Shown piece after piece: positions 1 to 12,025 of a DNA stretch of 64,000 nt. Each line of letters begins with the position of its first letter. The stretch's first letter is position 1. A program made the translations under genes and the position numbers. The DNA comes from Mobula hypostoma (taxonomy: Eukaryota): positions 213,220,001 through 213,284,000 of the forward strand of contig NC_086097.1 in NCBI RefSeq assembly GCF_963921235.1, given 5' to 3'. The notes beneath the pieces were generated by a model. The model saw nothing but the letters and a program-made list of their open reading frames with translations, did no database searches and was not told where the DNA came from.

Positions 1-69
1 ACTAATTTCTGGTATCTTTGTGAGAGATACTGAAGCATGGTACCAAAATGTTCGTTAATGAAATTATAA

Positions 70-575
70 AGACCATAAGGCATAGGAGCAGAATTGGGCC
101 ATTCGGCCCATCGAATTAGCGCCACCATTCCATCATGGCTGATTTATTATCCCTCTCAACCCCATTCTCCTGCCTTCACCCCATAACCTTTGATGCCCTT
201 ACCAATCAGGAACCCATCAACTCCCAATTTAAATATATACAATGACTTGGCCTCCATGCAGTAGGTTAAAGAGATTCCTCCTCATCTCTGTTCTAAAGGG
301 ACGTCCTTCTATTCTGAGGCTGTGCTCTCTGGTACTAGACTGCCCCATTATAAGAAGCATCTTCTTCACATCCACTCGTCTAGGCTTATAAATATTCAAT
401 AGGTTTCAATGAGACCCTCCCCCTCCCCGGTCCTTCTAAAGTCCAGCGAGTACAGGCCCAGAGCCATCATACACTCATGCATTACCCCTTTCATTCTCGG
501 GATCACTATTTTGAAACACCTCTGGACCCTCTCCAATGCCAGCACATACTTACTCAAAAAGGGGGCCCAAAATAG
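70..575 (-). mobile_element. CR1 LINE 3' fragment
   Basis: Reverse complement of the RT C-terminus and 3' UTR (…gaccataaggcataggagcagaattgggccattcggcccatcg), homologous to the 3' end of the CR1 at 20429-21264. Confidence 0.85.
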
Positions 576-1137
576 GTAATGAACCAGATTTGATTAGGGA
601 TGTTAAGGTAAAGGAACACTTACGAGGCAGCGATCATACCGTAATATGATAGAATTCACCTTCCAGTTTGAGAGGAAGAGAATAAAGTCAGATATATCAG
701 TATTACAGTGGAGTAAAGGGAATTATAGAGGCATGAGAGATGAGCTGGTCAAAATTGATTGGAAGGGGATGACGGCAGAACAGCAAAGACTGGAGTTTCT
801 GTGGGCAGTTTAGAAGGCACAGGATAGATATATTTCAAAGTTTAGAAGGCACAGGATAGATATATTTCAAAGCTTAGAAGGCACAGGATGGATATATGTA
901 AAAGTTTAGAAAGCACAGGATAGATACATTTCAAAGGTGAAAAGTATTCTGGGGGAGGATGAGGCACTGTGGCTGACAATGGAAGTCAAAAACAGCATAA
1001 GATCAAAAGAGAGGGCATATAATATAGCAACAATTACTGAGAAGTTAGAGAATTGGGAGGCTTTTAAAAACCATCAGAAGGCAACTAAAAACCCATAAGG
1101 AGATAAAAGATGAAATATGAAGGAAAACCAACCAATT
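576..1137 (+). mobile_element. CR1 ORF2 endonuclease/linker fragment
   Basis: Encodes NEPDLIRDVKVKEHL.GSDH..MIEFTFQFER, homologous to ORF 23041..24240 of the long CR1. Confidence 0.8.
808..935 (+). repeat. 32-bp tandem repeat, 4 copies, inside a CR1 fragment
   Basis: Unit gtttagaaggcacaggatagatatatttcaaa at 808, 840, 872 and 904. Confidence 0.95.
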
Positions 1138-1503
1138 ATCTCCTCAAACCCAATCTCAGAAGGAGCATGCAGGATAAACAGCTAAGACAAATAGAGGGCT
1201 CTTCAGATAAGGAGGTTTACTGCTTCACTCCTGGACAAACAGACCTGGTGAGGGGCTACAGAGGTGATCAAATGTGGGCACTTGGAAAGATTAACAACAG
1301 AATTTGGACCATTCTATGCAGTGATAACATCTGCAGATTACACATCAATCAGTTGTAGAGACCAGATTCAATTGTTAGAGAAGAAAGGTGGCCAGAGTTG
1401 TCAGAACCATTTCCTGCAGTCGCAGAGTCAACTCCTACAACCACGATCGGGGAGGCCCCAAAACCTGCTATTGTTTCACAGCCACAAGTCTCACCTACCA
1501 AGT
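1138..1503 (+). mobile_element. Gypsy/Ty3 integrase C-terminal fragment
   Basis: ORF 1110..1358 segment LLKPNLRRS…FTPGQTDLVRGYRGDQMWALGKI…RLHINQL matches the Gypsy integrase C-terminal pattern F.PG..V..R.Y…W..G.I…RRH.DQL. Confidence 0.65.
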
Positions 1504-2070
1504 AGCATGAAAAAAGCACAACAGCGCCTCTTTCACCTCAGATGGTTGAAGGAGTTCAGCATAAGGCTCCAAATCCTAAGAACTTTCTACAGAGGCACAA
1601 TTGAGAGCATCCTGACTGGCTGCATCACTGCCTGATACGGGAACTGTAATTCCCTCAATCGCAGGAGTCTGCAGAGAATGGTGTGGACAGCCCAGCGCAT
1701 CTGTACATGTGAACTTCCCACTATTCAGGACATTTACAGAGACAGGTGTGTATAAAGGGCCCAAGGGATCATTGGGGTCCCGAATCATCCCAACCACAAA
1801 CTGTTCCCGCTGCTACAATGTAGGAAACAGTACCACAGCATAAAAGCCAGGACCAATAGGCTCCAGGACATCATCTTCCACCAGGCCATCAAACTGATTA
1901 AGTCATGCTGATACAATTGTAGTTCTATGTTATATTGTCTGTCCTGTTGCACATACTATTTATCACAAATTACTATAATTTCACATTGCACATTTAGATG
2001 GAGACATAACGTAAAGATTTTTACTCCTCATGTATGTGAAGGATGTGAGTAATGAAGTCAATTCAATAAT
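1504..2070 (+). mobile_element. Rex1/Babar LINE 3' fragment
   Basis: KKAQQRLFHLRWLKEF…ILRTFYRGTIESILTGCITAW, typical Rex1/Babar ORF C-terminus, followed by a 3' UTR. Confidence 0.8.
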
Positions 2071-2179
2071 ATTATAAATATATTCTGATGAGCCCTGATG
2101 AAGGGTTTTCAGCCTGAAATGTTGACTGTACTCTCTTTTATAGATGCTTCCTCCAGCACTTTGTGTGTGTGTTACCTTG

Positions 2180-2660
2180 ATTAGCTCACTCTGGATCCCA
2201 TGCAATTTCATCTACCAGATCAGACTACCCTGCGAAACCTTGCCAAAGGCCTTGTTCACATAGACAATATATACTACCCTGCTCTCACTTTGGTCTCCTC
2301 TTCGAAAAACTCAGTTAGGTTGCATGAGACATAATTTCCCATGCAAAGAGCCATGCTGACTATCTCTAATCATTCCTGGTCTTTCCAAATGCAAATAATC
2401 CTGTCTCTCAGAATCACCTCCGGTAACTTTCCCACCATTGATGTGAAGCTAACCAGTCTGCAGTTTCCTTGCTTGGCCTTGCAGCTCTTTTTAAATTAAG
2501 GGAAAACATTAGCCATCTTCCAGTCTTCTGGTATCTCACCCATGGCTAAGGAGAATACAAAGATCTCTACCACGATCCCAGAGATTTATTCCCTTGCTTC
2601 CTGTTGAATCTTAGGATATACTTGATCAGGCCTGGGGATTTATCCACCATTAAGTCCCTG
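2180..2660 (-). mobile_element. Old CR1 RT fragment
   Basis: Reverse strand gives degenerate KAF.K, QHG(F) and GNxRxVSLTS-type segments like those at 22420-22860. Confidence 0.6.
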
Positions 2661-3595
2661 GGCCTAACCAAGTATATCAAGCAATAAACTGCCTGTCAGG
2701 CTTCTAGCATTAAAATATAAGTGGTTTAGTCTAACTGATGTCTACATTATTGTGTAACATGGATACTCTGTAAGCTCAATGTGTGGAAGAAGGCCACATT
2801 AGGCCATGTTGTTCTTTTACATTATAAACTACCCTTTCAGTACTTTCCATTATTTTAGCTAGAGGATGGTGAGATGGAAAACATAAATAGAATCAACCAA
2901 TTTATCTTAGAAAATAATTATTAAAGATAATAAGGTGAATCTGGGATCAGAGATGGTTAATTCTCTTTTTGTGTTTTCTGTCTCAGTATTCCTAAGACCC
3001 CACATGGAACAAAAAATAGCCACTGGTCACTATTCTTCACATAGCTTCAAAAGGTTGTTCTCCAAAGAAGACTAGTTCAGGCAGCAGCATATTATGATAG
3101 TCTGAAACACCAAAAGAAGTGGCGGAAAAAGAAAGAATACTCTACAGCAGATGCCATCTTGTCCACAGGGAAGTTCTCTGAAATCTGAATGGAGCACGCA
3201 GAAGATTACCTGTGGATTTTGTTGACCATACAAGTGTCAACAAAGAAAAAAATATTGTGATCAATATAACCCAACAATTCTTAAGTATCCAAGCCAGCTT
3301 TGATATCGAAGAGCAGCTGTAATGATAAGAGCAGAGTTCTTTGCAAGTTTTAAGATTAATCTATTGCATTGATGTGACTTATCAGCACTCTGTGAACTGC
3401 ACATACTGAGATGGTCTCCAAAGGAGATGCAAATCAGCAATCCATTTAAGATCACATCACAACAAGTAGTTTCCAGCTTGCTAATGATCAAACTCTTGAA
3501 GCAGAAGATGAAAATTAACCACAAGAGCACATCTCAAGACCAAATAGTGGTGTAATGGTCACAACATGCAAGTAAATAGTGGTTTAAAGCTCATT

Positions 3596-3784
3596 CACAC
3601 AAGGAAGTCTGCAGATGTTGGAAATGCAAGCAACAGACAAAATGTTGCCAGAACTCAGCAGGCCAGGCAACATCTATAGAAAAGAGTGCAGTCAACATTT
3701 CAGGCCAAGACTCTTCTGCGGGACTGTTTACTCTTTTCCATAGATGCTGCCTGGCCTGCTGAGTTACTCCAGTGCATTTTGTGT
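3596..3784. mobile_element. Mini palindromic Penelope-like (PLE) terminus insertion
   Basis: Inverted arms 3637-3693 and 3722-3784 consist of the PLE terminal sequence (gactg…catagatgctgcctggcctgctgagtt…ccagcattttgtgt). Confidence 0.8.
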
Positions 3785-4204
3785 ATCACTGAGTGCAAAT
3801 CAGCACCAAAAAAAACACCACACTAGCAATCTTCTTGCAAGCAGTTGGCTATCTGAGTCTCTGTGGTTTCTGCTATTTTGCTCACATTTTATGCAAATAG
3901 ACAGAGGTAGAGATATAAGCAGAACATCTTTTAATCAAGACATGTCTAAACCAAAGCCAAAATCTGAAAGCAGCTGTTAGTCAATCATAACAATTGATAT
4001 TACTTGTTATTAAAGGTATCCTATACATAACATCACTTTCCCTTAAAACAAACATGCAGTGATTTAAAATATTGTTAATATGACATTATACATTAAATTA
4101 ACAATTTAAATTATACACTTGTAAATTGAAGCAGTTAAGAATTCACTTGGTATCTTGGTCTTTTAATCCATTGAATTCTTCTCTACAAGTTGTCCTAGAC
4201 ATCT

Positions 4205-5800
4205 CTGAAGTCATAAAGTCATAGAATTGTACAGAAATGAAACAATCATCCACACTAACCTGTGACTAATGGAATCTGTAAAGTCCACCTCCCAGCACTT
4301 GATCCACAATGTTCCCAAGTGATTCAGAGATGCAACTAGACATTTCTTAAACATTGTCAGTAAGCTAGCTTCAACTGCTGTCTTACAGTACATCCTAGCA
4401 GCTTACCCACCTGTGGGTGAAGAAGGTCCCATTCTGAATCTTTTCCCTCTTACCTTGAACTTAGATCCTGTAGTATGATCTATCTCTGATATGGAGAAAA
4501 GTTTTCTGCAAACTACCCTATCTATATCCGTAACTGTATACACGTCAAACATATCCCTCTTAATCTCCTCTGTTTCAGGCCTAGCTTCTCTTCTCATACT
4601 GTCTGCTCCATTACAGGAAAATTCCTGGTGAATCTCCTCTGCACCTTCTGCAGCACTATCACAATCTTTCTATAGCTTGGTTTCCAGAACTGTATCTGAC
4701 CAGGGATTTTTATAAAATTGAAGCAGAACCTCAGTATCCCAATTAAAGAAGGCCTTTATTATGTATGCCTTCAGAACCATGTTATCTACCAGTGTTGCAT
4801 CAACCTATCATCAATCCTAGTGGATACTGCTTTGCACAAGCATTCAGTTGCATTACTCCTCTACCATCAGCTTTTCTCTCCTATTGCCAAGCCAGTTTTG
4901 GATCTACTTTGTCAGCTTGTCCCGAATCCAATAGACTCTAAAATTTTGAACCAGTGTCTCATATGAGATCTTGTCAAAGGCCATACTAATGTCCATGCAA
5001 ATCACATCTACTTCCCTACCTTCCTTCACTGATACATATTCTTACCTATTCAAAGAATTCAATCAAATTGCACAGACTGTGTCTCTCTTTGACCAATCCA
5101 TGTTTGCTGTGTCTGTTTACTCCCTATTTCCAACTGATCATGTGAATATGGATGGGATATATTCACATTGTATCTCATCTATACCTTTTGGCTCTTCTCA
5201 CAGATTACCTATGTTGTCACGAATGGATCCTACCTTTTCCCTGGTTATTCTTTTTTCCTTAATACAGAGCACCTTTGGATTTACTTTAATTTGTCTGCCA
5301 TTTATCTTTCATGACCCCACTTAGCCTTACTAATTTATCTTTAATTGCCTTCATATATTTCTTATTTTATTGACAGGCATCTTTATTCCCATGATATACT
5401 TCCTTTCCCTTCTTTATCCAATGCTCAACATCTTTCTACATTCAAGTTTCCCTGTACTTGTAACCATGGGTCTTATGCTTTCTCGATTATATTGGCCTTG
5501 AACTTTGCTATTTCTCCTTTGAATACTTCCCACTTCCTTAGATCTAGATTTACCTGTAAGTAGATGCTCCCGATCTACCTTTGCCAGGACACCCGTTATG
5601 CTAATGAAATAGGCTTTAGCCCTTAATAATAGTTATGGTTACGGTTTAATACTGGTCATGGTTATTATCTCTAAAATGATTCTCATTTATGCTCTCTCCA
5701 CTTGACCAGCTAAATTCTCCAAGATAAGGTCTAGTAATGCTCTTTCCCTTGTTGCTCTATTTACATACTGCATGAAAAAGCTCTTCTAGAAAAATCTCTG
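4205..5800 (-). mobile_element. Degenerate CR1 LINE pieces
   Basis: ORF 4403..4597 (DIDRVV.RKLF…TTGSKFKVRGKRF) and ORF 4211..4393 resemble the CR1 ORF2 C-terminus; further decayed RT/EN-like pieces follow. Confidence 0.6.
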
Positions 5801-6469
5801 AGCCTATGGCAATCCCAATTAATAGTTGGGAAGCTGTTCTCTAGGCCATTGCTCATCTACTCTCTCAAGTATCCTGTCCTGTTTACCAGAGGATGCTACC
5901 CCAGTGGTTAGAGCACAATTGGTGGAAGTTTGTTGTCCTTCACTGATGCAGAAAATAGATTGCCTTGGATGACCTTGTGCAACTGTGAGCTTAGAAGATC
6001 CGGCTGCAGACAGCACCATCTCACCAAGGACAGGCTGACTGCCAGACAGATAACAACAAGGGAACTTGCAGTATAATGGCTGTAATAGTGCAGACACTGC
6101 CTTCCTGGGAGAAGACGGAAGCTTTCCCTACCAGTGAATCTACCGCCGTTTCCCTGAGACAGCTCCTCAGCGATCTATTGGAAGCCAGCTTGCTAAACTT
6201 TGTGGGCACAAGCAAGATACTAGAGCAATTGAAATTCAAAAATAAATCCTCTTTTAAACAGACAAACTTGACAACGCTCTTCCATTCTCTTTCCATGTTT
6301 GAATTATTTCACTGCTTTGTTGACGTATTTGCTCCCTGAGAAAATAACACAAGAATTCAACAACATAAAATCTGGTGAGAATGGTTCAAGGATTGTTCAG
6401 CCTTGCCGATAAACGGGTAAAGGAATTTTGCAATGACATTGAAGGAACTACGCAATTTATCTCGATACA

Positions 6470-6825
6470 AATTTATGAGGGTGTATAGATGTAGTGAGTG
6501 TGTACAGGCTTTTTGCCCTCAGAATGGGTGAGACAAGAACTCGAGGTTATAGGTTTAGGGTGAAAGGTGAAATATTTAAGGGCAACCTGAGGTGGGATCT
6601 TCTTCACTCAGAAGGCGGAGTGACTGTGGGAATGAGCTGCCTGCGGAGTGGTAGATGTAGGTTCATTTGTAACATTTAAAAGAAGTTTGGATAGGTACAT
6701 AGATGAGGGAGGTATGGAGGGCTATGAATCAGGTGTAGGTGGATGGGGCTAAGCAGAAGACCAAGTTGGCATGAACTAAGTGGGCCAAAGGGCCTGTCTC
6801 TTTCCTATAGTACTCTATGACTCCA
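6470..6825 (+). mobile_element. CR1 LINE 3' fragment
   Basis: RLFALRMGETRTRGYRFRVKGEIFKGNLR, then a 3' UTR with gggccaaagggcctgt and a ctctatgactccatga tail. Confidence 0.8.
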
Positions 6826-7125
6826 TGACCCTTGCCACCCTGGGCTGGAACATATATTAAATTTTAGCCAAATGAGAGAGAACATGAGGGGCAAAACTTG
6901 TTCTGCCTCCCAATTCCACCATGACTCTGATTCATTTTCCTGACTCAAATGAAGGCCACAAAAGATGAAAAAGAGGTATCAGCTATGCTCTTTTGTGTAT
7001 AGGAGAGAAAGGATAAGTGTTCAGGGCAATCCTTTTCATGGTCACCTTTGCAAAAATTTGTATTTCTTAAATTCTAGATTAATTTAACAATTTAAGACAG
7101 CATAATCAAATACCCCTCCCATCCT

Positions 7126-7290
7126 GTACAGCTGAGGTTTCGGCCGAAACCATTCGGCAGGACTCCAGGATGGGTTTCGGCCCAAAATGTCGACTGTACC
7201 TTTTTCCTTAGATGCTGTGTGGCCTGCTGAGCTCCTCCAGCATTTTGAGTGTGTTGTTTGGATTTCCAGCAGATTTTCTCTTGTTTGTGA
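7126..7290. mobile_element. Mini PLE terminus with short inverted arm
   Basis: Minus-strand hammerhead-like segment 7126-7164 joined head-to-head to a plus-strand PLE terminus 7165-7290. Confidence 0.7.
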
Positions 7291-8225
7291 TTTGCTTACT
7301 TCTTACAGTTCCTGGATATAACCACTCAGTCTCCTGAGACAAATAGGTTCCCTTTGGAAGATTTCCAAGTAATACTTTTGCATGTAGCTTTGCCCTGGGT
7401 GCTGTTGAGAGTTTTAAGAGTTTTGAAGATAGGGTCATCCAGTCAAGTGAAGAGTATTCTATTACATCCCATCATTGCATTGAAGGTACGGAAACACTGT
7501 GGGCCACTGTAGCAGAATACCCAGTTTGATCTATTCTTTTAGCCACAAGAAAAGGGTTTCTGGTTAATTATGTCTCCGAGATTTTTGATGATGGTGGATG
7601 CAAAGTGAATGTCAGGAAGCATTTTAAACTTCCTGTTCTTGGAAATGGTCAACTCTTGTACTAAAGTTTCATGGAAGTTCCTTACACTTGATAATCCATG
7701 CCTGGACGTGGTCAGTGTGTAGAAGCTTACAGGCACATTATCTGTTATATTAATGTAACTGTTACATCGCAGCTGCATTATCTGAAGAGCATTGTGCAGC
7801 CAATGTCAAACCTCCCAGCTTCTGACATTTAGATGGTAGGCTGTTAACGAAGAAACAAATGTTGGATGGGCCAAGGAATGGCTTGAGGAATTTCTGCAGT
7901 AAGATCTTGGAGGTGAGATGAATGGTCTACAAGGCTCATGGCCATCTCCCTTAGTTCTCTTAGAGAGTAAATTCCACGATCACCATTGAGCCAGATTATA
8001 TATATCATTTGCTATTGATTAGACACTTGGCATCCAGCTCCTCAGCATTACACTTGCCAAAAGAATACAAGTGCAAGAAAATGCTTGACTTATTTTTCTT
8101 TATTTTCTCTTCATTATTTTACTTAATTTGCAGAATGTACAGGTGTTTCTATTAAAGTTACTGATTTTTAAATTATTTAACCCTGATTATCAGAAGCATT
8201 TAAAAATAGTAAAAAAAATTGCCAG

Positions 8226-8783
8226 TGTCCTCAGGTCCGGCCGGTTGCGTTAGTCTAGGGGAAGACAGTCTCTGCCCCCGTCAAACTGGTGAAATCTCGT
8301 TTGTGTAGATGCTGCATGATGTGTTCCCCTGTTACAGCTCAGTACCACAAAATATCAGACAGTACACCATACGCAATTAAACAATTGAGCTTTATAATTC
8401 TTAATTTGACTATAGGGTTAGTAAAGAAAACAAAAAGAAAAGGGGTCCATTTTCATGTAACGGTCTAATGTGCATGTTGGAGCTCACAGTTTCCCGTCCT
8501 TTAGATCCCCATCAATTTCCTCCGAGTGACGTCGACTCTCGGACCCTCACTCCAAGTCCACTCCATCCTGCAGTCTACCAGCTTGCTCCTCTCACATCTT
8601 CTCTCTTCATCTCTCCCTGACAAAAGACCACAAATACCTCCTCTCAGACACATAAGAAAGAAGCAACACTCCCCTCACTGGACGCCACACATTCCAAAGC
8701 TCCCATTATCGCTAGTCATAACCCAAACGCTGCTTCTACAGAGAAACCATTACATTAGCTGTGAAACCTTACAGAGCATTACA
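8226..8783. mobile_element. Solo LTR (558 bp)
   Basis: Begins TGTCC and ends TTACA (TG…CA), flanked by the 4-bp direct repeat CCAG (8222-8225 and 8784-8787); no coding motifs inside. Confidence 0.75.
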
Positions 8784-9519
8784 CCAGCAATGAGTTAGCA
8801 CAAGACTGTCAGGTTACTCATAAGACCTCAGCATACTCTGCCTGACATCTTGTTAGCACTCATGGTCCACTCCTCTCCTTGGAATGGCACATGGGTACAA
8901 AGGGTAAGGAAGCTATTGGAGAAGATTCTCAGGAATATAATTTACACACATTTATAAATGCATGTCCTTATTAGGGATAATTGTGCAATGCAGGTGCCTG
9001 TTTGTTTCACTCCATTGATACTGCCTGACTTGCTGAGTTCCTCTGGTGTCCACAGAATCTTGTTTGCCTCATTCATTAGAGCTGATAGTTCTGTGAGATT
9101 AAAAACCTTATTTGTGATAAATTTTAGATTTGCACTACTTTAATGTCATTTCAGAGAGTTTCACATCAGTAAAAAGTGCAAAGTGCATCCCTCCACCGCT
9201 ATCCTCTGACTCGTATCAACAAGTAAATTTTGGATTCAGTTGGCCAGTTTGTCTTCGATCCCATGTGCCTTAACCTCTGGACCAGCCCACTATGTAAGCC
9301 CCTGTCAAATGACTGACTAAAATCCTTATAAACATCTATCGCCTTACCGTCATTAATCTTCTTCGTTAGCTCTTTGAAGAGTCAAATTAAAATGGTAACA
9401 CCTCCCTGTGCCAAACCATGTCTGCTATCCTTGATCTACCCTTGACCTTCCAAATATACATAAATTCTAAGCAATACACAAGAAATGCTGGAGGATCTCA
9501 GCAGGTCAGGCAGCATTAT

Positions 9520-12025
9520 GTGCTCTTGCCTGTTACACCACTGGCAGTTAGGGCAGCAATGAAGGTCCTCTATCTCTGTCTGTCCTTGGCCATCTTCTCT
9601 ATTGTGCTCCAGGTGTGGTTCAAGGTCTTCATTTCTGCCCCTATAGTACGTCACCAAGTTGATCTTCCATGTGTCCTCCGTCTTTCAGGGGTCCAATGAA
9701 GTGCTGATTTGATGATGGAATTGGTCTCTCTTTACATCACATAGCCAATCCATATCCAACATTTCCTCATGATGATTATGGCCATGTCCTCTTGGTGACA
9801 CTTAAGGAGGAGGGTGTGGTTGGAGATCTTTCTTGGCCAGAAAGTACAGAGGATCTTCCAGAGGCTCATGGTGTGGAGTGATAACAGCCTGGCAAGCTCG
9901 TTCCCTGTCATGCGCCAGTATTCTGACCCGTACAAGTATGTGGACAGAACACAACTCTGGTACAGCTTCACCTTGCTGTGGATGCTGTATTTGGTTGATC
10001 CCCATATGGTGCTCATGATCTGAAGATGTTTCTAGCTTTGCAGAGTCTACTCTGGATGTTGTCCCTGGTCCCACCATCCCGCCGAATGATTCTGCCCAGG
10101 TAGGTGAATCTGTTGGTGCTGGGTATGTCAACACCATATGCCTCGATGGGAGGAGGGGACTCTACTTTGAGGGTCATGGTCTCAGTCTTTCTCTGGCTGG
10201 TTCTGAGTCCAATCTGTCCACCAAGGGTACGCAGGCACTAAGTCTTCTCCTGCATGTCATCTGCAAAGTCAAGGTCTTCTAACGTAGAGAAAAGAGTCCA
10301 CCTGATGACTTTCTGCTTATATTTCATTGTTAGCCTCATAACCCAGTCAAGCACTGCATTAAATAATATTGCCAATGTTACACAGTCTTGCCTGAATCCT
10401 GTTTTGACTTCAAAGCTCAAACTGCAGTCCCCAACTGCCCAGGTGAAGTTAGCATAGAAACTCTGGATAAGCTGGACAATCTTGGAAGGGATCTCGTGTG
10501 AATTGAGAATTCGACACAGGATCTCCCTGTGGATGCTATCAAAAGCCTTTTCAAAGTCCACAAAACTTACATACAGTTGTCTCTGCCACTCTGTGCATGG
10601 TTCAATGATATTATGCAGCATGAAGTTTTGGTCAACACAGCCTCTGTTTCTCCTGAAGCACACATCAACAGCATTTGTAATCCACTGGACAATGACTTTG
10701 GGCGAGAATCTTGCTGGGCACTGACAAAAGTATGATGCCACAGCAGTTTTTGCAATCATTTAGTGCTCCTTTCCTGGGGATCCTCACAATAACTCCCTTT
10801 GTCCAGTTCTTGAGTACTTGTCGCCAATCCCAGATTATAGTAAGCAGTAAACACAAAATACTCTGCAGATGCTGGGGTCAAAGCAACACTCCCAACACGC
10901 TGGAGGAACTCAGCAGGTCAGGCAGCATCCGTGGAAACGATCAGTCAATGTTTCGGGAGGGTTCCGGCCTGAAACGTTGACTGATCGTTTCCACGGATGC
11001 TGCCCGACCTGCTGAGTTCCTGCAGCGTGTTGTGAGTTATAGTAAGCAGTGGGTGCAGGATGGCTGGTGCAACTTTTGGTTCAGCTTGAAAAGTTCGGTG
11101 TTCAGATTGTCATGTCCTGGAGCTTTGCTCTACTTTTAATTTGATTTAATTGCACCAACAGTCTCGTCTTTCTTGGGTGGATCTGTGTTGATGTCGAGGT
11201 CCTCTGCTGCCTCCTTTGTATGTCAGGTTCTCCATCTGGTGGTGGTCTATTCAGTAAAAATATCCCATCCATCGTGCTCTTGCTCTTTCTCAGTTGTCAA
11301 AAGGAGACTATTCTTATCTCTCATGGGACCACTGGATCTGGCCTGGAACTTTCCACATACCAGTTTTGAAATCTTGTACGTATTTCCCTGATCACCTCGA
11401 ATGGCTGCTGTTTTGGCCTCCTCAGCACAGTCTTCCATGTAGACTCTCTTATCCTTTCTTACATGTCTTTTCACTTTCTAAATAGCTTCAGTATACGCTA
11501 GCCAAAGTTTCCACTTAATTTGTGTTGGCTTCTTAACTTTCCATCTTCTTAACTTTCTTCTTAACTTTCCATCTTTCTTCTAAAGCTGTCCATGTTTCCT
11601 ACTGTATCCATTCTCTCTTCTTCTTTCCAGCTCTGTGTCCTGGGCAAGCCTCACTGCACTCCTTGAAGACTGAGGCAATTAGTTTCCATAGTGTGTCGAT
11701 CCTGTCTACTCATACATCCTCATCAAGGTCTTGCAAGGCCTGGAATCTGTTCTTAAACTGAATGGTGAACCCCGTCTTCACACAGGTGTCCTTGAGCTTC
11801 TCAGTGTCAAAACGTACCTGTGATCTGGCCTCAGTACTTCTCAGCTTGAGTTTCATCACTGCTACAATAAAGTGGTGATCACTTCTTGTATCTACTCCTC
11901 TCTTCACCTTTGCATCCTTCAAGGAACTGCACCATGTACCACTGATCATCAAATGGTCAATCTGGTTCTTGTTGCTTCCATTGGTTGAGCACCATGTTAG
12001 TTTGTGGATTTCATGGTCTAAGTGC
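9520..12025 (-). mobile_element. RTE-clade LINE, 5'-truncated and decayed
   Basis: ORF 10238..10759 (FRRNRGCVDQ.F.L.NIIE..EWQRQLYVSFVDFEKAFDSIHRE…DLDFADD), ORF 9732..10016 (KVKLYQSCVLSTYLYGSEYW) and ORF 11710..12177 (NQIDH…SDHH, AP endonuclease). Interrupted at 10849-11036. Confidence 0.88.
10849..11036. mobile_element. 188-bp palindromic PLE terminus insertion with 14-bp TSD
   Basis: Direct repeat ttatagtaagcagt at 10835-10848 and 11037-11050; inverted arms at about 10893-10954 and 10971-11032. Confidence 0.9.

Noticed and set aside
808..935. CRISPR-like array (32-bp repeats)
   Set aside because: The units are directly adjacent with no spacers and derive from CR1 coding sequence; the context is eukaryotic with no cas genes.
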